DNA from: an uncultured delta proteobacterium
Lineage (GTDB): Bacteria; Desulfobacterota; Syntrophobacteria; BM002
Length of the DNA stretch: 64,000 nt
Assembly: GCA_963712115.1 (NCBI GenBank)
Contig: CAVQGX010000031.1
Location: 64,001-128,000, forward strand
Reading direction: 5' to 3'
Under the pieces are notes generated by a model. That model saw nothing but the letters and a program-made list of their open reading frames with translations. It was not told where the DNA came from and did no database searches. Below are positions 49,746 through 59,554 of the stretch, piece after piece. The translations under genes were made by a program, and so were the position numbers. Numbering within the stretch: position 1 is the first letter of the stretch; every line of letters begins with the position of its first letter.

Positions 49746-50622
49746 GTGAACAAGGTGTTTTTCACCGGATTCCTGCTCATACTTATTTGCTTTGCACCAG
49801 AGGCTCCAGCTCGTCCTCTCAGCGTCTTTGTGAGCATTTTGCCCCAGAAGTACTTCGTGGAGAAGATCGGCGGCGACCTTGTTGATGTCGCCGTAATGGT
49901 CGAGCCGGGAGCCAGCCCCCATACCTACGAACCAAAACCCAAGCAAATGGTGGCCCTAGCAAAGTACTAATATCTATTTCGCCATTGGCGTGCCCTTTGA
50001 GACAACCTGGCTCGAAAAGATTGCCGCCACAAATCCCAACATGCTCGTTGTGCACACGGAAGCTGACATCAAGAAAATACCTATGAAGGGACATCATCAT
50101 GAAGGACCGGAATTAGAACAGGATCAATATGTTATCAAGGATCCGCACGTGTGGCTCTCGCCTCCTCTGGTCATGATACAGGCAAGGAACATTCTTCAGG
50201 CTCTTCTAAAAGTTGATCCTGCTCATGGATCCGTGTATGAAGAAAACCATAATAGTTTTATGAAAGAACTTCAGGTGCTCGATGCAGAAATTCGAGCAGC
50301 ATTTGAGGGGAAGGGCAAGGACGTCGAGTTTATGGTTTTTCACCCTGCCTGGGGCTACTTTGCTCAAGCCTATGGAATTGAGCAAGTTCCCATTGAAATT
50401 GAAGGAAAACAACCCAAGGCGGAAGAAATGCAGTACCTCATTCAATACGCTAAAGAACGGGGTATAAAGGTAATCTTCGCCCAGCCTCAATTTTCATGGC
50501 AGGTAGCCCAAGCGATTGCAAAATCAATAGACGGCCAGATCGTTTTTGTAGACCCTCTGGCTGCTGAGTGGGATAGGAATCTGCGCCAAGTGGCCTCCAG
50601 GTTTAAATCCACTCTCAAGTGA
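49746..50622 (+). pseudogene. znuA: zinc ABC substrate-binding protein, +1 frameshift near 49965
   Basis: SPHTYEP in one frame; DPHVWLSP and FHPAWGY in the next; deleting one base restores ...ALAKTNIYFAIGVPFE. Confidence 0.85.
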
Positions 50623-50630
50623 GGTGTCAG

Positions 50631-51398
50631 ATGAGAGATGCCATTATAGAGATTATAGATCTCTGGTTTTCTTTCAACTCCCTCCCGGTTCTCAAGGAAG
50701 TGAACCTTACGGTTCACAGAGGGGATTTCATCGCTCTGTTAGGGCCTAACGGGGGGGGCAAGACTACACTGCTCAAACTGATGCTTGGTCTGTTGAGGCC
50801 GGATCGTGGCAGCATTAAAGTTTTTAATGAGCCAGCGGGTAAATCCACCCACCGCATTGGTTACATGCCGCAGCATCTCCATTTTAATCAGAGTTTTCCT
50901 ATATCGGTGCTTGATGTTGTCCTCATGGGTAAGCTTCGGCCCGGCAAAGGATGGTCTCGTTATTCCCATAAAGATAAGCTTGCCGCCCAAAAGGCAATGG
51001 AACAGATGGAGATGTGGGAGTTTCGCAATCGCCGTGTAGGGGAGCTTTCGGGAGGTCAACAACAGAGAGTCTTCATTGCCAGAGCCCTGGTGGATGAACC
51101 GGAGGTGCTCTTCTTGGACGAACCTACAGCCAGCGTAGATACCAAGCACCAAACCGATCTTTTCGACATTCTCAAGGAACTCAATAAGACTGTCACCATT
51201 ATTGTGGTCAGTCATGATGTGGGGATCGTCTCCAGTCACGTAAAATCAGTCGCCTGTGTAAATCAGCAGGTCTTCCACCACGACGATTCCGAGATCACTC
51301 AAGAGATGGTGGAGATGGCCTATCAATGTTGTCCGGTGGATCTGGTTGCCCACGGCATGCCCCACAGAGTTTTGCAGGAGCACGAGGACAATGATTGA
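50631..51398 (+). CDS. znuC: zinc ABC ATP-binding protein
   Basis: GPNGGGKTT, LSGGQQQR, LDEP, SHD. Confidence 0.9.
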   Translation: MRDAIIEIIDLWFSFNSLPVLKEVNLTVHRGDFIALLGPNGGGKTTLLKLMLGLLRPDRGSIKVFNEPAGKSTHRIGYMPQHLHFNQSFPISVLDVVLMGKLRPGKGWSRYSHKDKLAAQKAMEQMEMWEFRNRRVGELSGGQQQRVFIARALVDEPEVLFLDEPTASVDTKHQTDLFDILKELNKTVTIIVVSHDVGIVSSHVKSVACVNQQVFHHDDSEITQEMVEMAYQCCPVDLVAHGMPHRVLQEHEDND

Positions 51399-51451
51399 AG
51401 ATTTTAGATTGCGGATTTCGGATTTGAAAAATAGAACTTAGGACTTGAAAA

Positions 51452-52279
51452 ATGCTCGAAGCACTCCAGTTTGAATTTATGAGAAATGCTCTTTTGGCCG
51501 GCCTCCTAACAAGCGTCGCTTGTGGGGTGATCGGTACCTTCGTGGTAGTAAACCGCATTGTCTTTCTCTCCGGAGGCATTGCCCATGCTGCTTATGGCGG
51601 AATCGGCCTCGCCTTTTTCTTTGGCCTCCCTTTCGTAGTTGGAACCCTGGGCTTCGCCCTCTTGGTAGCAATGGTGATGGCAGCGGTAACCCTTAAAGCG
51701 AGACATCGCTCTGATACCATCATTGGGGTACTCTGGGCGGTAGGGATGGCTCTTGGGGTAATTCTTCTCGATCTCTCCCCTGGCTATAATGTTGACCTTA
51801 TGAGCTTTCTTTTTGGCAGCATACTGGCTGTTCCCACATCCGATCTCTGGCTCATGCTCGTTTTGAACATTCTGATCCTCTTAACTGTGGCCTATTTCTA
51901 CAATGATTTTCTTGCACTTTCTTATGATGAGGAGTTTGCTAAGGTTAGAGGAGTCCGGGTAAAGCTCCTTTATTTCATTCTCCTGGCCATGGTAGCTCTT
52001 TCTGTTGTCATGATTATTCGGATTGTCGGCCTAATCCTGGTCATCGCCTTGTTGACCATTCCGCCGTATATCGCGGAGAAGTACTCAGGTTCTCTGCGAG
52101 CCATGATGTTTCTCTCCTTCCTTCTGAGCTGCTTTTTTACCATGGTAGGGCTTTGGGTCTCTTACGTCTTCAATCTTACTTCAGGTGCCACTATCATAAT
52201 GGTGGCAGGGGTGTGTTTCTTTATTTCGCTGTTTTTTGAACTACTGAGATCACGAAGACCGTTCTCGAGTGGGAACTGA
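51452..52279 (+). CDS. znuB: zinc ABC permease
   Basis: GIAHAAYGG, LFGSIL, DEEFA, SGATI. Confidence 0.9.
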   Translation: MLEALQFEFMRNALLAGLLTSVACGVIGTFVVVNRIVFLSGGIAHAAYGGIGLAFFFGLPFVVGTLGFALLVAMVMAAVTLKARHRSDTIIGVLWAVGMALGVILLDLSPGYNVDLMSFLFGSILAVPTSDLWLMLVLNILILLTVAYFYNDFLALSYDEEFAKVRGVRVKLLYFILLAMVALSVVMIIRIVGLILVIALLTIPPYIAEKYSGSLRAMMFLSFLLSCFFTMVGLWVSYVFNLTSGATIIMVAGVCFFISLFFELLRSRRPFSSGN

Positions 52280-52294
52280 AAGGGGAAATTTCAT

Positions 52295-52726
52295 ATGTGC
52301 CATCGATGTGATTATGAGCTTCTTCTTGAAGATAGCGGTTTGGGAAGGACGATTAATCGACTCCGTGCGCTGGAAATCATTGGAGAAGGGTCTCATCCCC
52401 TGAGTGCCCAGGAAATTATTGAGATACTGAACAAGACCCAAGAGGTTAACCGGGTAACAGTCTACCGCATCCTGGAGCTTTTGGTGGAAAATAAGTTGGT
52501 TGAGCGCATTAGCGCCGGCGATCGCTCATTCCGTTACGGTCTCGCTCCAAACGCCAATCATCAGCCGCACTCGCATTTTTATTGCGTCGAGTGCGGTGAA
52601 ATGGAATGCCTCAGTCCTGACCAGATAAACCTGGACACCCAGCCCCTCAAGCGTTCTTTTCTGGGGTTAATCGAAAGAGTCGAAGTCCGTTTTGACGGTA
52701 TTTGCGAGGGTTGTCGAAGGCAATAA
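52295..52726 (+). CDS. zur: Fur-family regulator (Zur)
   Basis: TVYRIL, HSHFYCVECG, GICEGC; ends the znu operon. Confidence 0.85.
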   Translation: MCHRCDYELLLEDSGLGRTINRLRALEIIGEGSHPLSAQEIIEILNKTQEVNRVTVYRILELLVENKLVERISAGDRSFRYGLAPNANHQPHSHFYCVECGEMECLSPDQINLDTQPLKRSFLGLIERVEVRFDGICEGCRRQ

Positions 52727-52803
52727 AGTTGCAGACAATCTGCAACTAAGTTGCTTATGCGGACAAAGGGATTTTGATGGAATTCTTATACACCTAGGCC
52801 GTC

Positions 52804-54042
52804 CTATTCTTCTTTGTCGGGGTAACGCTGCTGGATTGACCGCATCACATCGATAGAGGATAAAAAGACTTGAATTAGTTCAGGGTCGAACTGCTGCCCT
52901 GCCCCATCTTTCATGGTCTGCAGTATGTCAGCCTCGTCCCATGCTTCCTTGTAAGCCCTCTTGGACGCAAGGGCATCATAGACATCCGCTATGGCCACAA
53001 TCCTGCCGAAGAGGGGGATCTCGTCACCTCTCTTGCCCCTCGGTTTGATTGGTTGTACGGAGAAACTAAGTCCTGGTCCAGTGGCGGCTAGATCGACATG
53101 TCCGGGATATCCCTTGCCATTCCACCACTCGTGATGAGTCATGGCAACCTGAGCCGCGGCTTCGTCGAAATCGGACTTCTTGTCAATGAACAGCCTGGCA
53201 CCAAAAAACGTGTGTTGTTTCATGATTGCATATTCTTCCTCAGTAAGCCGGGCTGGCTTCTTCAGAATCTGATCAGAGATAGCAACCTTGCCCACATCGT
53301 GGAGCATGGCTGCCATCCGCAGCAAATCGCGGTTGCTCTCGATCTCCTTGGCGGAAATAGATTTTTCCTTTGCCCATCGCTCGTATATCTCCACTGAGTA
53401 TGCGCCAACTCGATTGACATGGGCCCCAGTCTCTTTTGGATCTCGGAGCTCCGCCATTCTGATCATCCGCAAAATCAGAGTCCGGGTCATCTGCGCCCTT
53501 TCCAGTGCCATGGTGGCCATACTGGCGAAATGCACCATCATCCTCTCGTCTTCCTCTGAAAAAGGCACGATATTGCCCTGCTCGTTCTGGGCATTGATAA
53601 CCTGCAGCACTCCTATCACGTCCTCGCGCATTGTTTTGAGTGGAACCGCCAGCACCGAGTGAGTTTTGTATCCAGCCGTTTCATCAAATCTATGATCGAA
53701 GCGGTATGGGACTTCGCTCTCGAGCCTGTAGACATCCCGAATGTTAAGGGCCTGACCGGTAACGGCCGAATAACCGGCTATGCTACTTTTATCTGCTGTT
53801 ATGGTGAATATATTGTAGATTAGCTTAGCCCCTTGCGGCAGTCTCCTCTGCAGGGTTGCATTCTGGGTATAGGTAAAGCGCAGTTGATCCTTGTCTCGGA
53901 TATATATGGATCCGGCGTCGGCATTCACAACTCGCCGGGCCTCTGTAAGTATGTGCTCCATGAGAATGTCAAGGTCTTTGACCTGATTGAGCTCGGTACC
54001 CAGTGTGGTCAAAACCTCTAGTTTTTGCTTTTCTGTAAGCAC
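52804..54042 (-). CDS. GAF + HD-GYP phosphodiesterase
   Basis: ADAGSIY GAF; ETGAHVNR, HDVGK, HHEWWNGKGYP; likely GTG start after GGGGA. Confidence 0.9.
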   Translation of the reverse strand: MLTEKQKLEVLTTLGTELNQVKDLDILMEHILTEARRVVNADAGSIYIRDKDQLRFTYTQNATLQRRLPQGAKLIYNIFTITADKSSIAGYSAVTGQALNIRDVYRLESEVPYRFDHRFDETAGYKTHSVLAVPLKTMREDVIGVLQVINAQNEQGNIVPFSEEDERMMVHFASMATMALERAQMTRTLILRMIRMAELRDPKETGAHVNRVGAYSVEIYERWAKEKSISAKEIESNRDLLRMAAMLHDVGKVAISDQILKKPARLTEEEYAIMKQHTFFGARLFIDKKSDFDEAAAQVAMTHHEWWNGKGYPGHVDLAATGPGLSFSVQPIKPRGKRGDEIPLFGRIVAIADVYDALASKRAYKEAWDEADILQTMKDGAGQQFDPELIQVFLSSIDVMRSIQQRYPDKEE

Positions 54043-54074
54043 AGGCTTAATCCCCAAAATTAACAGTTCAGAGG

Positions 54075-54452
54075 TCAAGATTTCTTTTTGGTCCACAACA
54101 TTTCCGGCTGATTCTTGAATCTGATCTCGCCTCCATTTGCTGCAGAGTAATAAAAGGAGAACTCGAATTTTTTCCCCGACGGAAGGGTGTAGTAAATAAT
54201 GTACAAGGTTTGTCCCTCTGACTTAGTCTCTTTCACACCTGCTATGGGGTATACATCGAAGTCGAGGTACCCTAAGCCTTGTTCAAATATGACCGTGTTT
54301 TTCTTGATCTCGAAGGGATAGTCGGAATATCTGGGATTCTTCGTCACCCAAACCCCAATCAGTTCTTCTGGAACAGTAAACCGTTTTTGGCATTGCACTC
54401 CGAACATCAGTGCAAAGGTCACCAACAATACTAGAAAGGTCCTTGGTCTCAT
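54075..54452 (-). CDS. small exported or lipoprotein hypothetical
   Basis: Hydrophobic leader ending GVQC; LIGVW beta-rich body. Confidence 0.7.
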   Translation of the reverse strand: MRPRTFLVLLVTFALMFGVQCQKRFTVPEELIGVWVTKNPRYSDYPFEIKKNTVIFEQGLGYLDFDVYPIAGVKETKSEGQTLYIIYYTLPSGKKFEFSFYYSAANGGEIRFKNQPEMLWTKKKS

Positions 54453-54526
54453 CTGACTCGCCCAAAAGCTCTGACTTGCTTACAAATTAGACCATTATAC
54501 CTGCGACGGGGACGCAATGCCATTCG

Positions 54527-56680
54527 CTAAGAACCGGTAGACTCAGCCGCTCTTTCTGACTGGCTTTGCAACTCCATGTCTTCTTGGGCCATGACCTCAA
54601 GAAAGGCTTTAACTACATTCGGGTCGAACTTCGTGCCCGAATCTTCTCTTATGAAACCAATTACCTTTTCCCGAGGCAAGCCGGCGCGGTATGGCCGATC
54701 CGAAATGAGAGCATCGTAGTGGTCGGCCACGGTAAATATGCGGGCCCCCAAATCAATTCCCTCGCCCTCGAGTCCATCAGGGTAACCTGAGCCATCATAA
54801 TATTCATGGTGATGCAACACCACGGGTATGACCGCACCATAGGCCTCTATGGGTTCCAGGATACGTGCTCCAATCCGCACGTGCTCACGCATTAACTGAT
54901 ATTCTTCGTCTGTCAGTTTTCCTGCCTTGTCCAGGATTTCAGGTGGTATGCCAATCTTGCCTATATCGTGGAGCAGCCCACCTCTGTGCAAGTCATCCAG
55001 TTTTTTCTGGTCCAGCCCCATATTTTGTCCGATCTTCAGGGCAACTTCCGTCACCCGCTCAGAGTGACCAGCCGTCCAGTTCGACTTGGCATCTATGGCC
55101 CTGGCCAAGGCGTAAAGTGTGCCCCAGTTCAGTTCGTCTAACTCCTCAATAAGCCTGGCATTTGAAATGGCCACTGCCACCTGATCGGCCAATTGCCGAG
55201 CCTGAACTGTATCCTCTTCATTTAGCGCGGCTCCATCTGTATAACCCAGAACTATTAGGCCCGATAATTTCTCGCTAACAAACATGGGAAAGGCTAGAAA
55301 TAGCTCTGCCTCAAGCTCCATCAGAGGAGAAAGATATTCAGGGAATTCATTTGGGACATCGAAAAGCAATTGCTCTGGGTGATCATCCAGTTTCCGAACA
55401 TCTTCAGTGCTCAGCCTAACAGGTACCAGCCAGTTTTCACCCTCGGACTGGCCGTACTGGATATGCATCAGCCCAGCATCTGAAGATTCCGCATCAAAAA
55501 GAGCCAAGGCCACGCAATCACAGGGGAAAAGTTCCCGCATCCGGTTAAGTATAGTATCCACGATCCTTCTGGTGTCCAAGGCCGACAGAATGGAGCGGTC
55601 GATCTCATTCATGGTGGTTAAGGCGTTGAATTGCTTGCCCAAGCGAGTGGCCATGGCATTGAACGATTCCGCCAGTTCCTGAAACTCGTCTCCGCTAGTG
55701 ACCTTAACCCTGCTGTTGAAATCTCTTGCGGCAATCCGCTTTGTCCCCTCTTGCAGTCTCTCCAAGGGGACCAGGTTCCTGCGGATCTGACTGATACTCA
55801 AGAGCAACACCACCCACAAGGCCAGGAGGACAACCAGGGGAAAGATTTGCTTGAACCTGGCCATGGGGGCCAGCACGTGGGCTTTGGATTCACAGAGCAC
55901 AACGACCCACTTGGGAAAATGAAACTCCTTTTCCATGTACATGGACAAATATCTTCCCACATACTCTTTCTCTCCGTGTCTCCACTCAAATTGTCCCGAG
56001 TGCGTTTTGGTCATGTTTGACACTTCCCCCTCGGGAACTGCTCTCGACCCAGAAATTGTACTGAAGAGTACCCTTCCATTATGATCCAGAACGATTAACT
56101 CGGTCATGGGCGGCAGTGGATTCTCCTCCCCTCCCCGCCAGAGGTAAAAATCACTCACCTGTCCTACGAGGAGTCCCTTGGTGGGATTTTTTTCATCAAG
56201 TAACCTCCGCATGAAGATCACTCCGGGCCGATTCGCCCTAACCTTAGCAGTTATGAGGGTTCTACCCTCCCGCAAATGCTCGGCTTCTTCTTTGGTCAAA
56301 GGTGGCGGCTCGGGCACAAAGTCTATGAGAGGTATGGTTTTTCCAGAGTCCATAACCAATGCCATTCCCTCGAATCTCTCTTTCAGCCGGTCGCTAATTT
56401 CCACTGTGGAAGCCTGCAGGCCTGATACATCATCTAGATTGGAAGTCACCATTTCCATCCCAGCCTCGAGAAACAATAACCGCTCAAAGAGGTTCATACT
56501 CATGGCCTTGGCTGCCTGCTCTAGTCGCTCCTGGCTCTGCTTGTTGAGCTGCCTAGTCACATGTCGAAAGGAGAGGACGGCGAGAACTGTTATGGGAAGG
56601 AGGGCACAGGAGATGAAGAGGAGAAAGATTCTTCTCGCTACTTTGCTGCGCAGGAATGTTTTATCAATTTTCATGGTCAA
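54527..56680 (-). CDS. membrane sensor-HAMP-GAF-HD-GYP phosphodiesterase
   Basis: Two TMs, DEFQELAESFN HAMP, GAF, GHSERV, HDIGK, HHEYYDGSGYP. Confidence 0.92.
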   Translation of the reverse strand: MTMKIDKTFLRSKVARRIFLLFISCALLPITVLAVLSFRHVTRQLNKQSQERLEQAAKAMSMNLFERLLFLEAGMEMVTSNLDDVSGLQASTVEISDRLKERFEGMALVMDSGKTIPLIDFVPEPPPLTKEEAEHLREGRTLITAKVRANRPGVIFMRRLLDEKNPTKGLLVGQVSDFYLWRGGEENPLPPMTELIVLDHNGRVLFSTISGSRAVPEGEVSNMTKTHSGQFEWRHGEKEYVGRYLSMYMEKEFHFPKWVVVLCESKAHVLAPMARFKQIFPLVVLLALWVVLLLSISQIRRNLVPLERLQEGTKRIAARDFNSRVKVTSGDEFQELAESFNAMATRLGKQFNALTTMNEIDRSILSALDTRRIVDTILNRMRELFPCDCVALALFDAESSDAGLMHIQYGQSEGENWLVPVRLSTEDVRKLDDHPEQLLFDVPNEFPEYLSPLMELEAELFLAFPMFVSEKLSGLIVLGYTDGAALNEEDTVQARQLADQVAVAISNARLIEELDELNWGTLYALARAIDAKSNWTAGHSERVTEVALKIGQNMGLDQKKLDDLHRGGLLHDIGKIGIPPEILDKAGKLTDEEYQLMREHVRIGARILEPIEAYGAVIPVVLHHHEYYDGSGYPDGLEGEGIDLGARIFTVADHYDALISDRPYRAGLPREKVIGFIREDSGTKFDPNVVKAFLEVMAQEDMELQSQSERAAESTGS

Positions 56681-56687
56681 AAAATAA

Positions 56688-57224
56688 TTAGAATTTAGAT
56701 CCTTCGCCTACGTATTTTCCGTTAGCAGCTCGGACAATGTCGTCAGCTCCCGTGTTTTTTGTGATCTGGCTGTGGGTCGGTACTTCCCTATCAGGACCAA
56801 CGCTGTAAAGGTCAAAATCATAGTTGAGGGGGTTATAGCTCCGGTCCCGACGACAAAACTTGGGTTTATCTCCGGCCCACTCCCCGCTTTCGAGGTTCCT
56901 ATACTTGTAAGTAGTTCCCCACGGGTCTAGAAAATTGTCTCGACCAATCTCTTGCAGGGTCTCGAGCATGTCCGGAGGCCAGCCAGGATACCTACCTCTT
57001 TCTGTCTTAAAAAAAATTATCTCCTTTTCCAACCCCCTAATCTCCGTAGCTGCCCGGGCCACATTCGCTCTATAAATGCGATCCTGAATCGACGGCACCG
57101 CAATGGCTGTAAGAGTCCCTATTATGGCCAGGCTGATGGCTAACTCGACTATGGTAAAGCCCCCGGGTGACAATTGCTGCTTCCTCGCCCGAAAAGGAGC
57201 AATGTTCTTTAAGGTTTGCGTCAT
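56688..57224 (-). CDS. type IV pilin / GspG-like pseudopilin
   Basis: G|FTIVELAISLAIIG prepilin site; DPWG..Y.Y, LYSVGPD, DDI. Confidence 0.87.
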   Translation of the reverse strand: MTQTLKNIAPFRARKQQLSPGGFTIVELAISLAIIGTLTAIAVPSIQDRIYRANVARAATEIRGLEKEIIFFKTERGRYPGWPPDMLETLQEIGRDNFLDPWGTTYKYRNLESGEWAGDKPKFCRRDRSYNPLNYDFDLYSVGPDREVPTHSQITKNTGADDIVRAANGKYVGEGSKF

Positions 57225-57499
57225 AGAGAAACATACAGACACGGAATTTAAACCATCTTGGCCCATAGTAAGAGGGCAGCGCCAACGGAGCTGTCAGCTG
57301 TCTTCGACGAGGAGTCAATCATTGCGAACTCTCCCCCTCGCCGTCCAATTAACTCACCATTCCAGTCTGTTCGGTGCAAGAAAGCGAAAAACAGCAAGAA
57401 ACATACCATCCTGTTCAACCCCTGTCTACCCCACGAATCACCACGCTGCAGGGACAACCCTCATGTGCAACTAATTGATATCCATCAGGAAATTCCATA

Positions 57500-57648
57500 T
57501 TGCCATTCCAAGCACTTCGATTTACTCAGAGCCTGCCCTGAGCGACTCGACCCGAGCTCGACGACAGGTCCTGTCGAAGAGGTAAACTCCGCGAAGGATC
57601 TTAAGATTCTTCGTAGTCCCGCCATTCTCGGGACTCCTCAGAATGACA
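57500..57648. repeat. multi-level nested palindromic element
   Basis: Outer tgccattc...gaatgaca with inner cttcga.., gcctgccctgagc..ctgtcgaag and gactcgacccgagctcgacgac modules. Confidence 0.7.
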
Positions 57649-57710
57649 ACCGAAAGGTTATTTTCGGACTGGTAGTAGTGTAGATGGTATTTGTCACAGG
57701 CATGTCGAGC

Positions 57711-59054
57711 TTAGGAAAGATTTTTTTGAATATAGCTCTTTATATCGAACTTCCGCTTGCATCCATTGTAGCTCATGTACCGGATCTTCCCGAAGATCGG
57801 ACGTTCATTCCACGCCCTGTCGTGCACGCCTCCCACGCTCCAAGCTATACCCGCATAGCCGTTGCTGTCTCTGCCGTCCAGTTCATACTTGTCATTCAGA
57901 TAGATGGCGATCTCTAAGGCACCTTCTGGAGACTCGGTCCACTCCAGGATTTTTTTCGCCCAGTACATTCTCATGTAGCCGTGCATCTTCCCCCTCCGAA
58001 TCATCTCCATCTGGGCCGCATTCCAGAGATCATCATGTGTTTTAGCTTCTTCAAATTCTTCCAAAGAATAAACGTATTCTCTCTTGTCACCACGATGTTC
58101 ATTTAGTGTTTTTTGGGCCCAGGGGTGGAAGCCTTCAAACTGATCGTATTTATCGTTGTAAAAGCAGTAATTATCCGAGAGTTCTCGTCTGACAATGAGC
58201 TCTTCCAGGAAAGAGTCCTTTTTCTCCGATTTTATCTGGTGTTTCTTTACTTGCAGGACCACACGTTGAGCGGAAATTTGTCCAAAATGCAGGTAGGGGG
58301 AGAGATGGGACACGCTGTTTTCGTTGGGGTCATTCCTCTTTAGGTCATATTCCTGCAATTTGTTTTTGAGGAAATGATTTAGAGTTTTACGGGCCGCTCT
58401 CTCTCCGGGCTCAAGCCAGTCCACTTCACTGACATGCCGATTGACCTCCAAACTCTCTACTACCCTTTTCCAGTCAGTGCTTTTCACCTCACCGCTCCAG
58501 GTGAAAGGATGAATCTGCAACTTGGGGAATTCCTCCAGGAACTCTGGCAGGGAACGGTGAATTTTCGGCCTTAGGGTGTATGCCCCATATTCCTGTTTAG
58601 GCGAGGCAACCCAACAGGGCACAATGTTTCGTGTGTCCACCTCGTACAGGGGAATTTCCAGCTTATTTGCTACCTCCTCCTTCCACTCCCTTTTTATGCG
58701 CAGGGGATCAAAGTCGGTTACTAAAATGGTGACTTTACTTTCAGCCGCGAATTTGGGCATCTCTTTTTTTGGCCGTCCTCTTAAGAGGAAGAAGGGGATT
58801 TCCAGATCTTTTAGCCTATTTTCTACCTGCTCCAGTCCCCTGAGCATGAAGCCAAATTGTCTAAGGGTGGCATTGAGAAACTGGGGCACCAGGCAGAAGA
58901 CCACAGCCAAAGGTGCCTTCATTTGCAATGCCAATTCTTGGGCATATAATAGGGCCCAGTTGTCTTCCACCCTTTGGTCGCGGCTCATCCAGTAGACAAC
59001 CTGCCCCTTCTTTTTAGTTCCATCCTTTAATGTTCTCACTCTTTTGAGATTCAT
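57711..59054 (-). CDS. phrB: class II CPD photolyase
   Basis: YWMSRDQRVEDNWAL, LSPYLHFG, RRELSDN, MHGYMRMYWAKK, DGRD. Confidence 0.93.
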   Translation of the reverse strand: MNLKRVRTLKDGTKKKGQVVYWMSRDQRVEDNWALLYAQELALQMKAPLAVVFCLVPQFLNATLRQFGFMLRGLEQVENRLKDLEIPFFLLRGRPKKEMPKFAAESKVTILVTDFDPLRIKREWKEEVANKLEIPLYEVDTRNIVPCWVASPKQEYGAYTLRPKIHRSLPEFLEEFPKLQIHPFTWSGEVKSTDWKRVVESLEVNRHVSEVDWLEPGERAARKTLNHFLKNKLQEYDLKRNDPNENSVSHLSPYLHFGQISAQRVVLQVKKHQIKSEKKDSFLEELIVRRELSDNYCFYNDKYDQFEGFHPWAQKTLNEHRGDKREYVYSLEEFEEAKTHDDLWNAAQMEMIRRGKMHGYMRMYWAKKILEWTESPEGALEIAIYLNDKYELDGRDSNGYAGIAWSVGGVHDRAWNERPIFGKIRYMSYNGCKRKFDIKSYIQKNLS

Positions 59055-59081
59055 TGAAATTGCAACCTCCAGCAAATACCC

Positions 59082-59250
59082 CTAGGAGTCTGTCGGAGTA
59101 CCTCTTTATTGGACACTTGGTGGTCATCGTGGCCCTAATGGGACCCTAAAACGGCGAATGGAGTGGTCAACGTTAGTCAGAATGCCAGTGCGACTGAACC
59201 TTGCGTCCCTATTTTTCCATTGAGAGCTAGCTAGTCCGACACACTCCTAG
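59082..59250. mobile_element. MITE-like element with CTAG ends
   Basis: ctaggagtctgtcggagta ... tagtccgacacactcctag (17/19 IR, CTAG included); no transposase. Confidence 0.75.
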
Positions 59251-59554
59251 CCTCTTTTCTGAAGCAACCCTCGCCCCTCAAGGGGGAGGGGATTATAAGA
59301 TTACCGGACAGGGAGTGAGGGGTAACTTTGAAATAAATTGGATTATTTATTGTAATGGTAAAAAAGGTATTTTCCAAGGCATTTCACTTGTTTCAATGTC
59401 ATTTAGCACTTTTTCCTTGCCACTTTTTCTACCATCTTGTAGCCTGAAATTAGCCCCTTTTCCTCTCTTGCGACTAGGTGTTCACTTCAACTGTATTTTC
59501 GATCTCTTCCGGTCGATACTCATAGGTTCAGCGTCAGTGGGAAAGAAAATCGTG

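Noticed and set aside
54500-54525. gggacgcaa as part of a c-di-GMP-I riboswitch
   Set aside because: Wrong strand for the adjacent genes and no P1/P2 GGCAAA...GAAA architecture.
59315-59554. N-terminal extensions in the ORF track (also 61567-61875 and 40057-40155)
   Set aside because: They run through promoter or repeat DNA or an upstream gene; internal starts match the domain boundaries better.
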